The notes under the pieces are model-generated. The model saw nothing but the letters and a program-made list of their open reading frames with translations, was not told the origin of the DNA and searched no databases. Source: Epiperipatus broadwayi (lineage: Eukaryota > Animalia > Onychophora). Taken from it: a stretch of 64,000 nt of DNA. A program made the position numbers and the translations under genes. This document shows, one piece after another, positions 39,611 through 52,089 of the stretch. The number at the start of each line of letters is the position of its first letter. The stretch's first letter is position 1. Location: positions 18,414,001-18,478,000 of the forward strand of contig JAQFVV010000005.1 of NCBI GenBank assembly GCA_028023455.1. The letters run 5' to 3'.

Positions 39611-39988
39611 TTATTTCCAACTAGCCACATTTTTATATATTTACATCTATAAAGAATATTATTTTATCTTTGTTTTGTAAATATAACTGCTTAAATTTTT
39701 CTATATGTAGAGTGATATAACAACAAATAGATATTATATATACAGTATAAGCTAATTAAAAAGAAATGCAAAAAAGTATGGGTATCACTATCTCATATCA
39801 ATATTTCAGCAAAAGCCTGGCTGTCTTTGAAAATGGAAATTAATTGTATTTTTTATCTTAGGTTTTTAAAAAATACTCGTACCCGTCTCAAATACTGGCA
39901 GTGAGATCTACGTTTAAATATACACACACATACAGTTTATAAAAATAGCAGTAAAAATCATTTCTAATTCCAAAACAATAATATATTT

Positions 39989-40087
39989 GTCAAGCATTGG
40001 TGATCAAGAGGTCAGCGACAGCTGCTTTTGTCCGGGTTAGCGGGTTCGCTTCCCGGCTGATGCTATGACACATGAGAAAAAAAAAAA
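39989..40087 (+). mobile_element. tRNA-Gly-derived SINE (T-arm duplication subfamily, anticodon arm deleted)
   Basis: Poly(A) and TSD AAAACAATAATATATTTG on both sides. Confidence 0.9.
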
Positions 40088-40124
40088 CAATAATATATTT
40101 GAAATATAGGCATACTTTATATAC

Positions 40125-40295
40125 ATGGAGTATAGTGGATTTGAAAACAGTCTTACAAATTTCCTTCAACTTCCACTCAATCTCATACTACCAATACATA
40201 TCTTTTTCACATGAGTGTGATCATGTGTATCGGTGGTATAAGATAGAGTGGATAGTTGAAGAAAGCTTGAAGATCTGTATTCAAATCCCCTATAA
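40125..40295. mobile_element. Family A 3'-end fragments as an imperfect hairpin
   Basis: tagtggatttgaaaacagtctt...ccactcaatctcatactacc is inverted against ggtggtataagatagagtgga...ttcaaatcccctata. Confidence 0.7.
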
Positions 40296-40596
40296 TTAAA
40301 ACACTAATATATATATATATAACCAAATCATAACATATAGTATAAATAATGTCATCCAAAGTTACAATATATATATATCAAACATATGATATGTAAATAA
40401 TTAAGAAATAATGTTTTATTGTTGATATTCTTATCTAATAGAATATGTTTAAAAAAAATATAATTTGTAATAATTTTTTGTCACTATAATAGAATTGCTA
40501 TATCTATGGCATTTTTTTTAAAGGTTGCTGTGAATATCATAAATCTATAGAGGGCATCAAATTATTGCCCTATATACATGTGTGTATAAATTACAT

Positions 40597-41230
40597 ACTT
40601 TTTTTTTTCTCAGTGATGAAAGTTTATTCATAAAAAAAAAAAAACAGATACAAATACAGTTAGAAAAAGTTTACAAGGGAGTGATCATATGGTAAATTGA
40701 AATTTCAGGAGCAACATGGTAAGAGGGGAAGGATGCATGTGAAAAGAGAATGGGAAGTGGAAAGAGGAAAGGGTGTGTAGTCTAGGCCAGTCCGAGATGC
40801 ATGTCTTCATTGAGCAAGCACCGCATGGGTCACAAACATTCAAATGATTGAGTCTATGACAGAGGCTCAGAGGATGAGAGTTGGAGGATTGCCCAAGTGT
40901 CTGTGAGGAGTGGTGTCTCTGGTTTTGAGAAAGTGAATTAGGTCGCATAGCTTTTGATTCACTGAATGTACTCTCTGGTCAAAAATAATGTCACATCGGA
41001 GTAACCAGAGTGCATAGATGAGGAAAACTGATAGTCTAATGGTTGCAAAGACCCCTGTTTCTATGAATTCTTGGAGGTTGAAGATGGTGTTCCTGTATGA
41101 GGAAAGGCAGGAGTTGATGACATGTCTCACTCCAAGCAGAAAGGGACATTTAAGTAGGAAGTGCTGGAGGGTTTCAGTCAGTTTTACCGAGCTGGCATAG
41201 GGGAGAGATCTTGGTGGAACCCCTATGGTT
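40597..41230 (-). mobile_element. 5'-truncated L1/Tx1-type LINE 3' end
   Basis: ETLQHFLLKCPFL...ALWLLRCDIIFDQR (C-terminal zinc-knuckle and W..R..IF motif), followed by a 3' UTR, AATAAA and an A-tract (T-run at ~40597-40607). Markedly more GC-rich than the flanks. Confidence 0.8.
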
Positions 41231-42699
41231 GACCAAAAATTGAATTTTGCTAAACAATTTTACTAATATATAAAATAAAATCATCTAGAATAAATAATAA
41301 AATTTCAATCAAATAACATAAAGCAATTAAATTATAATTAATTATTATTATTTATTCTGGATAATTCCAATTACTTGTACTTAATGTATTTTGATATTTC
41401 CTAAGAACAAAATGATTAAGTCCCCTGAATACTAATGCTCAAATCATTATTTATTCAAGTTGTTATTGTTTGAATTTGTTATTAAATTTAACATTTAATG
41501 GCAAAAGAAATCTCCTATGTTGACTAATAAATAATGATTTGAGTTTAAACATTTGTGAGACATTTTACCATATGATATAATAGTTATTTTTATTTATATT
41601 ACACTATAAGTGGATACATATATATATATTATCGGCAGTAATAAAATTTCAAATTTAATACTATAGATTTCTTTAAACAACAGAATAAAACTATTATATT
41701 GTTGTCGTTGTTTTTTTTTTTAAAAAGTTTTATTATCTCCCTATTAAAATTTCTTAATCCCTTTAGAAAAATTCTTTGTAGAAGTATTTTTTAGTAGTCC
41801 CTGGTGTTAAAATTCCAATTTTGAGATTGTATACATTTTAAGGAGAAGAAGAAAAAAACTCTATTTTGCAATGGAAAAATAGAATTTAATTTCCGATATT
41901 AGAAAAAAAAAAAAAAATGAATGGAACAAATATTTACACCATAATTTAAAGAAAAGTAAAAATCAATAATTTATTTATGTGAAACAAATATTCTTTTGTT
42001 GACCTAAATTTATCATTTATCTGGTATATATTATCATCAATTTCCAATGCTTTCTTAAAATAAATATAATTTTATTTATAGGGGTAATTAAAAGTGTTAT
42101 GTAAAAAATAATGAGTACATTATATGAAAACAGCCAAAACTCACTATACGTATTGCACAAGTGGTAATCATGTGATGTTATATTATATGAAGAGTACAGA
42201 AAATGTAGTCATGTGATTTGTTTTTAATAAAAAGATGTCTGCTCTAATTATATTGATATAATGATAATAAATATGAATATATAAAAACAAGTATACAGAT
42301 ATATATTAATGATAGATTTTTATATGTAAGGTTTTTGAAAGTTGGTACAGAATATGTTTATGTAGAATTGTAATCATTTGAAATGAACAAGTAAAATATA
42401 TTTGAAATAAAAAATATTATAATGCAATGTAATAATATAAAATATGTACATATCTCTCTAATGAAGAGACCAAGTTCCATTTAAACAAATAAAAGAATAA
42501 AACTACTTCAAAACGTGCAAAAAAGACAAAATCTATTATTGCAAAGTGGAAATAACTACCTTCCATTGAGTTATTATCAAATATATTATTGTATTAAATT
42601 TGGAAGATTTATATAAAAGAAACTTATATTTTTATTTGATTTCTCAAGTTAAAAGACTATTACAAAATTTTCAAAAACCATTATAAATATGATTATAAG

Positions 42700-42809
42700 G
42701 TCTAGCATTGGTGGTCGAGAGGTCAGCGACAGCTGCTTTACAAGCAGTTGTCCCGGGTTAGCGGGTTCGCTTCCCGGCTGATGCTATGACACATGAGGCT
42801 GAAAAAAAA
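42700..42809 (+). mobile_element. tRNA-Gly-derived SINE (T-arm duplication subfamily, TAC)
   Basis: gcattggtggtcgagaggtcagcgacagctgctttacaagcagttgtcccgggttagcgggttcgcttcccggc, then poly(A). TSD ATGATTATA. Confidence 0.9.
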
Positions 42810-45263
42810 TGATTATATACATATATATTAAAAATATTAATTAATTTTAAATAAATGTTTAATTATATACTTAATTATACACTACTGTTGGTATTTATTT
42901 GTAATGAGATGGTTGCATAAGGTTTCATGCCTTTTATTTATAGATTCAATTTATTTAAAAAAATTATCTATTTTCCATTGACTTTATTTAAATTTTTATT
43001 TATTTTTTCTTACCATATAAAAAAAAATACTATTATTTAAAGTTAATGATAGTAACAGAGTATGGATACAAAGAAGCTATAATATATTAGGTGATATATA
43101 TATAGAAAAGATAATGAAAACATAAAACAATGAGTGAATAAATATCTAATATTAGAAAAAATTAATGTAAAACAATGTGTGAATGAATACCTGATATTAA
43201 ATATGTATCTGAAAATAAAAAAAGATTCAATTTATATATTCTGTGTTAATATTAAAATGAAAGTTTCTTTAAGTTTGTTCATATCTTAATTATCTCTATA
43301 CTATATATTTCTACATTTGCTATTATCTAATTATTATTATTTATCTTATCTAAATTATAGAATTAAAGATGAATAATAGATATTAACTAATTAACACATT
43401 TCTATAATCTTATTTATTTTTAATAATTAACAATTACTAGCACATTAACCAAATTTTTTAACAGCAGTTTTCATTATCCTACTCTACAGCCTTCTACTGT
43501 AATCTTAAATAATTAATGAATACCAATTGGTATAATGCTATAATATCTCCAGCCCTAGGTGGAGTTCTGGCTTTTGATTTTATGAAATGAAAACCAGGAT
43601 TCAGAAACTAATGGTACTTATGCATCTAGTTATCATCTTTTAGTTCTTTATTCTTTTCAAACAGCCTGAGATTTAAAAAAAAACTTTATTTTGAATTAAA
43701 ACTAGCTTACTTACATAACTACATAGATATTATACCAGATCGGTTTCAATATATTTCAAGACTTCAATATGACATCAACTATACACCCTTTAATTCTTTT
43801 TATAGAAAGTTAACACTAATACAACAATATTGCCTTCAAAAACAGCCCACTTCATCCTACTAAATTTAGAGCCAATTACTCTAATCTTGAGTAATCAATG
43901 AATATCATTTGAAATAGAGAATATTGTATCATCTGGCATTTGTATTATTATTCAAGATTATAATAATAAATGGCTCTAGACTAGGGTAAAGACAATTGTT
44001 CTTAGAAGCATATGAATAAACTTGAGAGAATATCATGCAGTAAAGTTTCAAGTGTTAACCAACTTTATTTTTGTTACTTTGTTATTAAATATGAAATAGA
44101 ATTTTGGTTAAATCATGTCAAGATACATATTTATTAGGCTCGTGATTATCTTTTAATGTAAATCCTGCTAAAAAGTTCAGACATCTGCTCTGTGGTCTTA
44201 GCACTAATAAATAATTACATAACTCCCTCAATATCATTTCACATCTGCATTAATTATAATAAATCAATCTATTATTCTTTTCTACATCTATCTGTACTAA
44301 CATAAGTAATTAATAAACGCCAGACAGCAATATCAATCAAGTTTTTATCCGAATAATGCTCTTTTTCAGTGAGACTAATCGTCATCCACATTCACCCAGT
44401 ATTCATTTTTAACTTTTTGATACACCTATATCGATGTTTTCAAATTTTTAATGCTTAATATTTTAGAATCCTAACTTACTTGCTCAAATAACTATATGGG
44501 TTTGATACTGTATAAGTAACAATATCTTTTTAATGGCCTCTATTAGTTCTTTTAATAAAAAAGATTTTCTACCTCAAACAAATCATTACACAATCTTCCT
44601 AGCTTACATTTAACATCTGCATTAAAAATAAAAATCCAGTCTATTGCTTTATTATGGTATCATGCAAATAAAAATAAGTAATTAATGGTCAGGATATTGG
44701 TTTTTATCAGTGAAAAGCATTATTTAATGCTACTATTATAGTTATTAATTTTTCATATTTATATAGCTGGCTTTGAAGTGGAGTAATAGAGTGAGTTATT
44801 GATTTAAGTGTGAACATTAAATGTAAATTAGGAGAGCCATGCATAACTAGTTGGTATATATGATTCTTTTGCTAAGAATCAAAAGTAGGTTTAACATTTA
44901 ATTGAAGTTTCTAAAATATACAGTTAGTGATATAGTATCAAATCTATTTAAACAAGCAAGTTGGTTTGGGTTCAAACTCTTAGATTCTTGCAACTTCCAA
45001 ATTGTTAGTTTGAAGAGTTCCAATGCTCTTCATAGATGAAAACTACCCTAATAATTTGCTTGGCAATTCCACCTGGTGTCTACTAATTATGCATGCTTGC
45101 AAGAGTAAAATGATAAATTGAATTGTTGTTTTAATGTCAAAATACACTGATATGTGTGTGTTGTATGAATTGTTTATCCTGATAAATATTATTTATTGGA
45201 ACTGAATTTTTGGATAATCTCTTAGTGATTCCTATATATATGTAATAATGAATAATATTTTAA

Positions 45264-45883
45264 TAATGAATAAATATAACGTCATGTGAAAATTCTACCA
45301 AATCTATTGTAAATAATAATTGAACTGCTCTCCAACTGCCAAATTCGATAACTTTTACAATAAAAGAGTGGACCACATCTTAATGTATTTTAGATCTTTT
45401 TATGTACAGCTATCTATAACAATAACAACCAGAGTGTCAATTTAGATCAGTATTTGTATCTTTTAATGTAAATTGATCTTCAAATAACTGATATTAAATC
45501 TATAGAGTGGAGATCTTTCACTCATTTCTAAAACTCTATATTTATTCATTATTAAAATATTATTTATCATTACGTATTAGTTTTAGAAGTGAGTGAAAGA
45601 TCTCCACTCTATAGATTTAATCTCAGTTATTTGAAGATCAATTTACATTAAAAGATACAAATACTGATTTTAATTGCACTCTGGTTGTTATTGTTCTAGA
45701 TAGATGTATATAAAAAGATCTAAAATGCATTAAGAGGTGGTACACTCTCTTATTGTAAAAGTTATCGAAGTTGGCAGCTAGAGGGCAGTTTAATTATTAT
45801 TTACAATAGATTTGGTAAAATTTTCACATGACATTATATTTATATATATAAATTAGATAACTCTAACACTGAAATGTAATGAA
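45264..45883. repeat. ~570-bp palindrome (arms ~265 bp, 43-bp spacer)
   Basis: Arms ~45270-45535 / 45579-45843, roughly 90% complementary by eye. A 7-bp direct repeat TAATGAA at 45264 and 45877 is a possible TSD remnant. Confidence 0.9.
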
Positions 45884-47105
45884 CGCTAATACTGCCTTGT
45901 ACATGGGCAAAATACTGAAAACATTAAATATAACTTTAATGTTGCTCAGTTTTGAGCATTCTTGTCAAAGGCAATTGTTTTATTCCAAATAAAAATGGAA
46001 AGTTAAAATTATATTTTTAAGCATACATGTTCCCAAATGCATTCAACTGAACATTACTAGATTTTCCTTTCACACTGAATTTATGTTATTAATGAATCAT
46101 AGCCTCTTAACTATTATGTTTCTTTCCATTATATAATGTGCAAACCATCTGTACTTTTCGAAATTAGAAATACATTTAAGTGGTATCTTTTTTTAAAAGA
46201 TAAAATAATTAAATGTATTACCTATTAAAATTATACATTAGAACACTTGGTAGTCATTCAGGAAATTAGTAATAATTTATCACACATAAGACTGACTGAA
46301 GAAAACTTTATAGGGCTTGAAATAAAATAAAATATAGTTGTGAAGAGTATTGTGAATGAAAGTCTGTATCACAATCGAGAAATAAATTGATGACCATCAT
46401 TTGTAACGTCACTGGCATATTATTGTCCTCCTATTTAATATCAAGTTTATAGTTAAATCCACAAAGTGCATGTGCATTAACTTAATGCTAATTATTATTA
46501 CAGTTTATAAATATCTTATTTTTAGTTAGCTTATAAATGAGATTGCTGAATTAGTTATTTGAACTCTTTTCACGTTTACTTATCAAACTAATAGATTAGG
46601 TAGTATTCAGATCCTTGGGATATTCAACTATTAAACCACTTAGTGAATGCAGTTCTTTTACATTCTGAAAACTAACCAATCAGAAATGTCATTATAAACA
46701 AGCTCACACAATGATAGTCCTGATAAATGAGCTCATTTTTCATTCAGTGATAACAAGGCTGTTTGGATTCATTTTGATATGATAAAAGGCATGTGATAGA
46801 ATGAGTAATATTCATTGACATTCTCTGACAGTAACATGAGATTCAATTCCAAAAGTGTGGCCAGAAAATTTCAGGCATAATAATAGAATAATTCCCAAGT
46901 AAACTCATTTTTATATGGCCTTTAACCAGTAATAGTTGGACAATACCACTTCTGGATCTGGCATAACAGAATAAAAAAATTATAAATAGAAAAAAATGCA
47001 ATACTTGTCGAAGGCACCTCAGGATTATAATTTCATATAACAAATAAACAAAATGTGTAAAAAAATGCAACAAAAATAGAAAGATAAAAATCAAAATAGG
47101 CCTTT

Positions 47106-47216
47106 GTCAAGCGTTGTTAGCCAAGAGGTCATTGCAGCTGCCTTGCAAGCAAGTAGTTGTTTGCAGATGGTTGTGGGTTCGCCTCCTGGCCAATGCTATG
47201 ACATATGAAAAAAAAA
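47106..47216 (+). mobile_element. tRNA-Gly-derived SINE (long variable-arm subfamily, TGC)
   Basis: Same body as 39280-39386. TSD aaaata(ga)ggccttt. Confidence 0.9.
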
Positions 47217-49051
47217 TAGAGGCCTTTCTTATGAATGATTGTTAAAAAAGAGAATGATAAACTGAATAAAAATTTCAATGTAAGATATGATTTACAATCA
47301 ATAGATGAAAAAATTACATCCAGACATGGCATATTGAATTCTAAAGCACTTGATTCCAAAAGTAATACTAATAGCTTCAAACAGACATACAATAAATTAT
47401 CTTTTTAGTAACAGTAATTCCCTTTACTAATTCCACTCCAAGAGTCATTTATTATAAAGTTTGAAGAATAATCAATGATCTTAGATGGTATTTTTAAATC
47501 TGCAACTCCAGATTAGTTTATGGCTAACAGCTTTTAATCAGTGAGAAGCTGCAAACTTGCATTTATACTACCATCTAGTGGCAGTGATTAATTTGGGCCC
47601 TGGAATAAAGTACATGGAGTGAATATATATTAAAAAAAGTCACCTCATGTTTTGCTGAGAAATAAAGATTGCTGCTTTTAATTGTACCATTTATCATGGG
47701 ATGCTTTAAATGATTTTATCACTAACATTTTCCCACAATAAGTTATCCTGATATGAATGAATACATATGCAGTTATTAAAAAAATATTCTTGGGTGTGCA
47801 ATATATACACATGAAAATTAATATGGCTTACAAATAATTAGCTTTGATTTAATGCAATTAATACTTGATAATAAATAATATTACAAAATAAGATAATATA
47901 CAGTGCTTGATAAAAATTTAAATATTACAATGTAAATACCATGGAGAATATAATGAATCAAATCCAAATGTCATACTTTTGAAATGATGGCTCGGCTCAT
48001 GAATTCATATTGCCAGATTGTCATTCATAGTTATAAAATGTTATAGCATAAAGATAAGAAATCAGTTACTTTTGAAATAAATCTAATATTCCATGGTCAT
48101 GATTATTTTGGTAACTAAGCTTACATGCTTTTAAAAATAAGAGCGATATTCGTCGTATATAATTAGGTACCACATGAGAATGTGCTCTAGTACTGATAAC
48201 TCATAGAAAATATATATCTTTTGAATGCAGCCACATCTAAACATTCATGTTAAGATGTAAAATATATCGATATTAATAAATATATCGATATTAGTAATGG
48301 ATGTCATATATATAACCCTCACATGTGTTTGTCTATATTAGATATCTGTTTTTATATATATATTAAACAATTATACTTTTGTCTGTATAAATTTCAATAA
48401 AAAATGATTTTTTTTCTCTAAATATCTAAACAAATAAAATAGGAGAATTCAAAGATAAATAACCTTGACATAACTTTTTAAAGGATGATCAAAGCGTTAA
48501 TTTCTTCCTTAGAAAAAGACAAAATACTGCTGTTTTTTAATTCAATCGATCAATTTATTATTTTTTGAAGGGCAAATGGATAAAAATCAACCGTCATCCA
48601 TCGTTTGGAGAATATATGTGAAACATTAAAATTATCTAAATATTGTGTGTGTGCATATATATGTATGGCCCGTTAGAAATAGGCTTTTAAAAATAAGCAT
48701 GCAATTCACAATGAATTATGGGATAGAATGTCAGAGGAGAAAAAATTTACATATTGTTTCATTTAACTATCTAAAAAGCCGGTGACACTAAACAACCCCG
48801 TAAACTATTCTTCTTCATTTTTGCAAGAATATGTGGTCAGAATAGGAACCAATATCAAAATGGCTTCCACAACTTCTCCCCCTTTTTCTTATTAAAAGAT
48901 TTTTAATATTGATCGTAAAACGACTGCTTTCATATTAATATTATCACTAGTAAAAATTTGAAATTTGTTTGTGAAAGAATACGCAATATATGAAACGGAT
49001 AAGAAAAGTATTATATATTTTTTTAAAAATCAAAACAGGTGGCAATCTTAC

Positions 49052-49170
49052 CTGCCCAAGGTCCTAGAAACCAGTATATTTTGTTATGATAGGAAATGAT
49101 GAAGCTGAGGAGCAGGCAGAATCTAAGCCGACAGATATCCACAGAGATGAAAAGATGGTAAAAAATTTGT
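49052..49170 (-). other. Candidate coding exon, weakly GPCR TM2-ECL1-like
   Basis: Bounded by catatAG and CAG|GTAAGA. One frame is open: QIFYHLFISVDICRLRFCLLLSFIISYHNKIYWFLGPWA. Confidence 0.25.
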
Positions 49171-51250
49171 CTATATGCAATATAAAACCATCATAGAGAT
49201 TTAGTCTCTAGTCTAGCAGCAAATAATTTCAGATCAATGAATCACTAATTGACTAAATTAAATAACCACCAATCAAATGTGAGCAATGTTGTATGACCTG
49301 AATAGATGTACGATGTATTGGCAACGGCAGTCATTCTTTCTCTCATTTTCCCATCAGTGCTAGGATGGATCTAACCTTATTTCAAAAAATGGATTTACCC
49401 AATAAGAAAAATGTTAACACTCTTGGAGTTTGTTATTTTTATTGCTTAAATAAATAAATAAAAAAAACAACACTCGGCCTTTTTTAAATAAAAAAAATAA
49501 CTAGAATTTCTTTTAACTAGAGAAGTTAAATAGAGAAACTAAATAACAATATAAAATGGAAGAAGTTAAAATATAAGGGTGAATCCATTATATGGTCAGA
49601 GAGAAAAGGATTGATAAAATGGTAAAATTGTGAATAAAGTTTATCAATACGAAAGAAATTTTTAGAGTTGTCTGTGCTTTTACGAATGACTGAATGTCGT
49701 GTAATATATTGAGTAGGTGCATATATATAGTGCAAAATTTATTTTTGGGATTAAAATATAAATGTGCGGATATATATATAATTAGCTTAAGATTCGTAAT
49801 CATAGGAATTGGAATAATTCTGGGTGTATAAATATGTTTAGAATTTTAATAATTGTGTAGGAGCGCATGTGATTCTATATAAATAATGAGTACATATTTA
49901 TTTAATTGTAATTTATATATAACTGTAATGCGTAACAATATATATTCTGTATATACATAAAAAGAAACTGAACTTCACATTCACACTCAATTATTTGCAT
50001 GCCCATATATATATCTTTATGCATACATATGGTTTCAAAATTCTCAATATAGTTATATTTATAAATACTATACGTGTATGTAGATACTGAATAAAAATAT
50101 TTTCTCTAAAAAATATATGTATCATGTACAATTTACATATAATGCTGAATTTTATATTCTCTCCTTATATATACATACATACACATCAGTAAGAACTATT
50201 TGAAAAACTATGTTTTCAGTCAATAATTTTAAAGAGCGTGTGTTATGAAAATTATGTGGACAAATTTATATTCACACAATTGCGAATAGTAATAGATCTC
50301 ACGATACAACCTGTCATGCCCATAATCTAAGCTCTATTTAAGTCAAATAAATTTGATTTTTTTTTTTCAAAAACTTTAGGGTTTTTGTTTTTCAGTTCGC
50401 AGACCCATAGATAGCTTGCGTTACCATTCTAAATTAGTCAGTAAATGGATAACTAGCTCTCTTACCTACAGGATAAACGAAGTTGGAAAAATACTCAAAT
50501 TCTCATCATCTGGCAATTGGAAAGTACAATCTTCATCTTATGAATTTTTAATAATAGGTTCTTTAAGTGATTCATTTTCACATTCAAGATATTAGAGCAA
50601 CTGGTATTAAGAGAGTAACAAACGATAGAAAAATTATCACCAACAATATTCAAATGTAATTTCTTAGTCATAATATTTTATTATCTAGTGACAGCATCTC
50701 TTTCAATCAAAGAATTTAAAATATGTGATGGAGCAAAAGTTATATAACTAAATAAATAAATAATTAAGTGGCTTTTTGCTCATAAGTTCATGAAAGGTTT
50801 TAATGTCAGAAATGCCAGAATTGGCATTGACCTGAGGCCCCATGCTCCAAAATTTGATATTTTACCACTGCACCAAATCATGCCTAACTAATAAAAAACT
50901 AACTCGACTATGTATTGATCACATATTGGAACATTAAATGTAATGGAATGGATGCTGAGATAATTACCATTATGGAATAAATATTAAATTGTACCAATCA
51001 TATTTCAATATACCAATTAAATGTGAATAACTTTTAAGGATAAGCATTTCAGATTAACCTATCATACCATTTTCCCAGAGATCAGTATTATAGAATATCA
51101 CATGATCACATTTCCTATACTAGCACATTAATTGTTGATAAACAGAGCAAAACTCTCCATACAGTATTGCCACCTGTGCTAAACAGAGTAATCAATGGAT
51201 GCCAGAAGGCTTGTGCATAAAATCCCTATCTAATGCCTACTCATCCAATA

Positions 51251-51292
51251 TCCCCAGACTAGTTTCTGGCTTGTGGCCTTCGTCAGTGAGGA
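51251..51292 (-). ncRNA. Minimal type I hammerhead ribozyme (family B)
   Basis: tcctca-CTGACGA-aggc-cacaa-gcca-GAAA-ctag-TC-tgggga. Confidence 0.8.
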
Positions 51293-51706
51293 GCTTTGGA
51301 TCTGAGAGCACTGCATCTAGATCTTAGGATCTAATGCAACCCTCTAGCAACCACCTTTTATCTCTACTTAACTACAAAACTATGAGAATGAAATTGAAAA
51401 CATAAAAAATATTTTCAATCTAAGCTCAATAGCTTATATAGTCATATGGGTCTGAACTCAGTTCAGCACCCATACATTTTGGTGTCTTTGGCTCTTTTAC
51501 AACAATAGCCACCACTATCCTATTAGGCAGGATTGGTGTTAAACCATTAAGCATCACATGATCACATTTTCTATACTAGCACATTAATTGTTGATAAACA
51601 GAGCAAAACTCTCCATACAGTATTGCCACCTGTGCTAAACAGAGTAATCAATGGATGCCAGAAGGCTTGTGCATAAAATCCCTATCTAATGCCTACTCAT
51701 CCAATA

Positions 51707-51748
51707 TCCCCAGACTAGTTTCTGGCTTGTGGCCTTCGTCAGTGAGGA
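51707..51748 (-). ncRNA. Minimal type I hammerhead ribozyme (family B, second tandem unit)
   Basis: Identical to 51251-51292, 456 bp away. Confidence 0.8.
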
Positions 51749-52047
51749 GCTTTGGATCTGAGAGCACTGCATCTAGTATAGGAAATGTGATCATGTGATG
51801 CTTAATGGTTTAACACCAATCCTGCCTAATAGGATAGTGGTGGCTATGGTTGTAAAAGAGCCAAAGACACCAAAATGTATGGGTGCTGAACTGAGTTCAG
51901 ACCCATATGACTAAGCTATTGAGCTAATCTATTTTTATGCTTTCAATTTCATTCTCATAGTTTTGTAGTTAAGTAGAGATAAAAGGTGGTTGCTAGAGGG
52001 TTGCATTAGATCCTAAGATCTAGATGCAGTGCTCTCAGATCCAAAGC

Positions 52048-52089
52048 TCCTCACTGACGAAGGCCACAAGCCAGAAACTAGTCTGGGGA
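52048..52089 (+). ncRNA. Minimal type I hammerhead ribozyme (family B, inverted arm)
   Basis: 6-bp stem I tcctca/tgggga (one G-U pair), CUGACGA, stem II ggc/gcc with an A.A opposition at its base, GAAA, palindromic stem III ACUAGU, GUC triplet. Confidence 0.8.

Noticed and set aside
47940-48040. Further DEG/ENaC exon (IHEPSHHF..FGFD on the minus strand)
   Set aside because: There is an in-frame stop, no splice sites were identified, and the similarity is too short to support.
50467-50620. Minus-strand exon ending at TAG|GTAAGAG
   Set aside because: All frames contain stops and no protein family was recognised.
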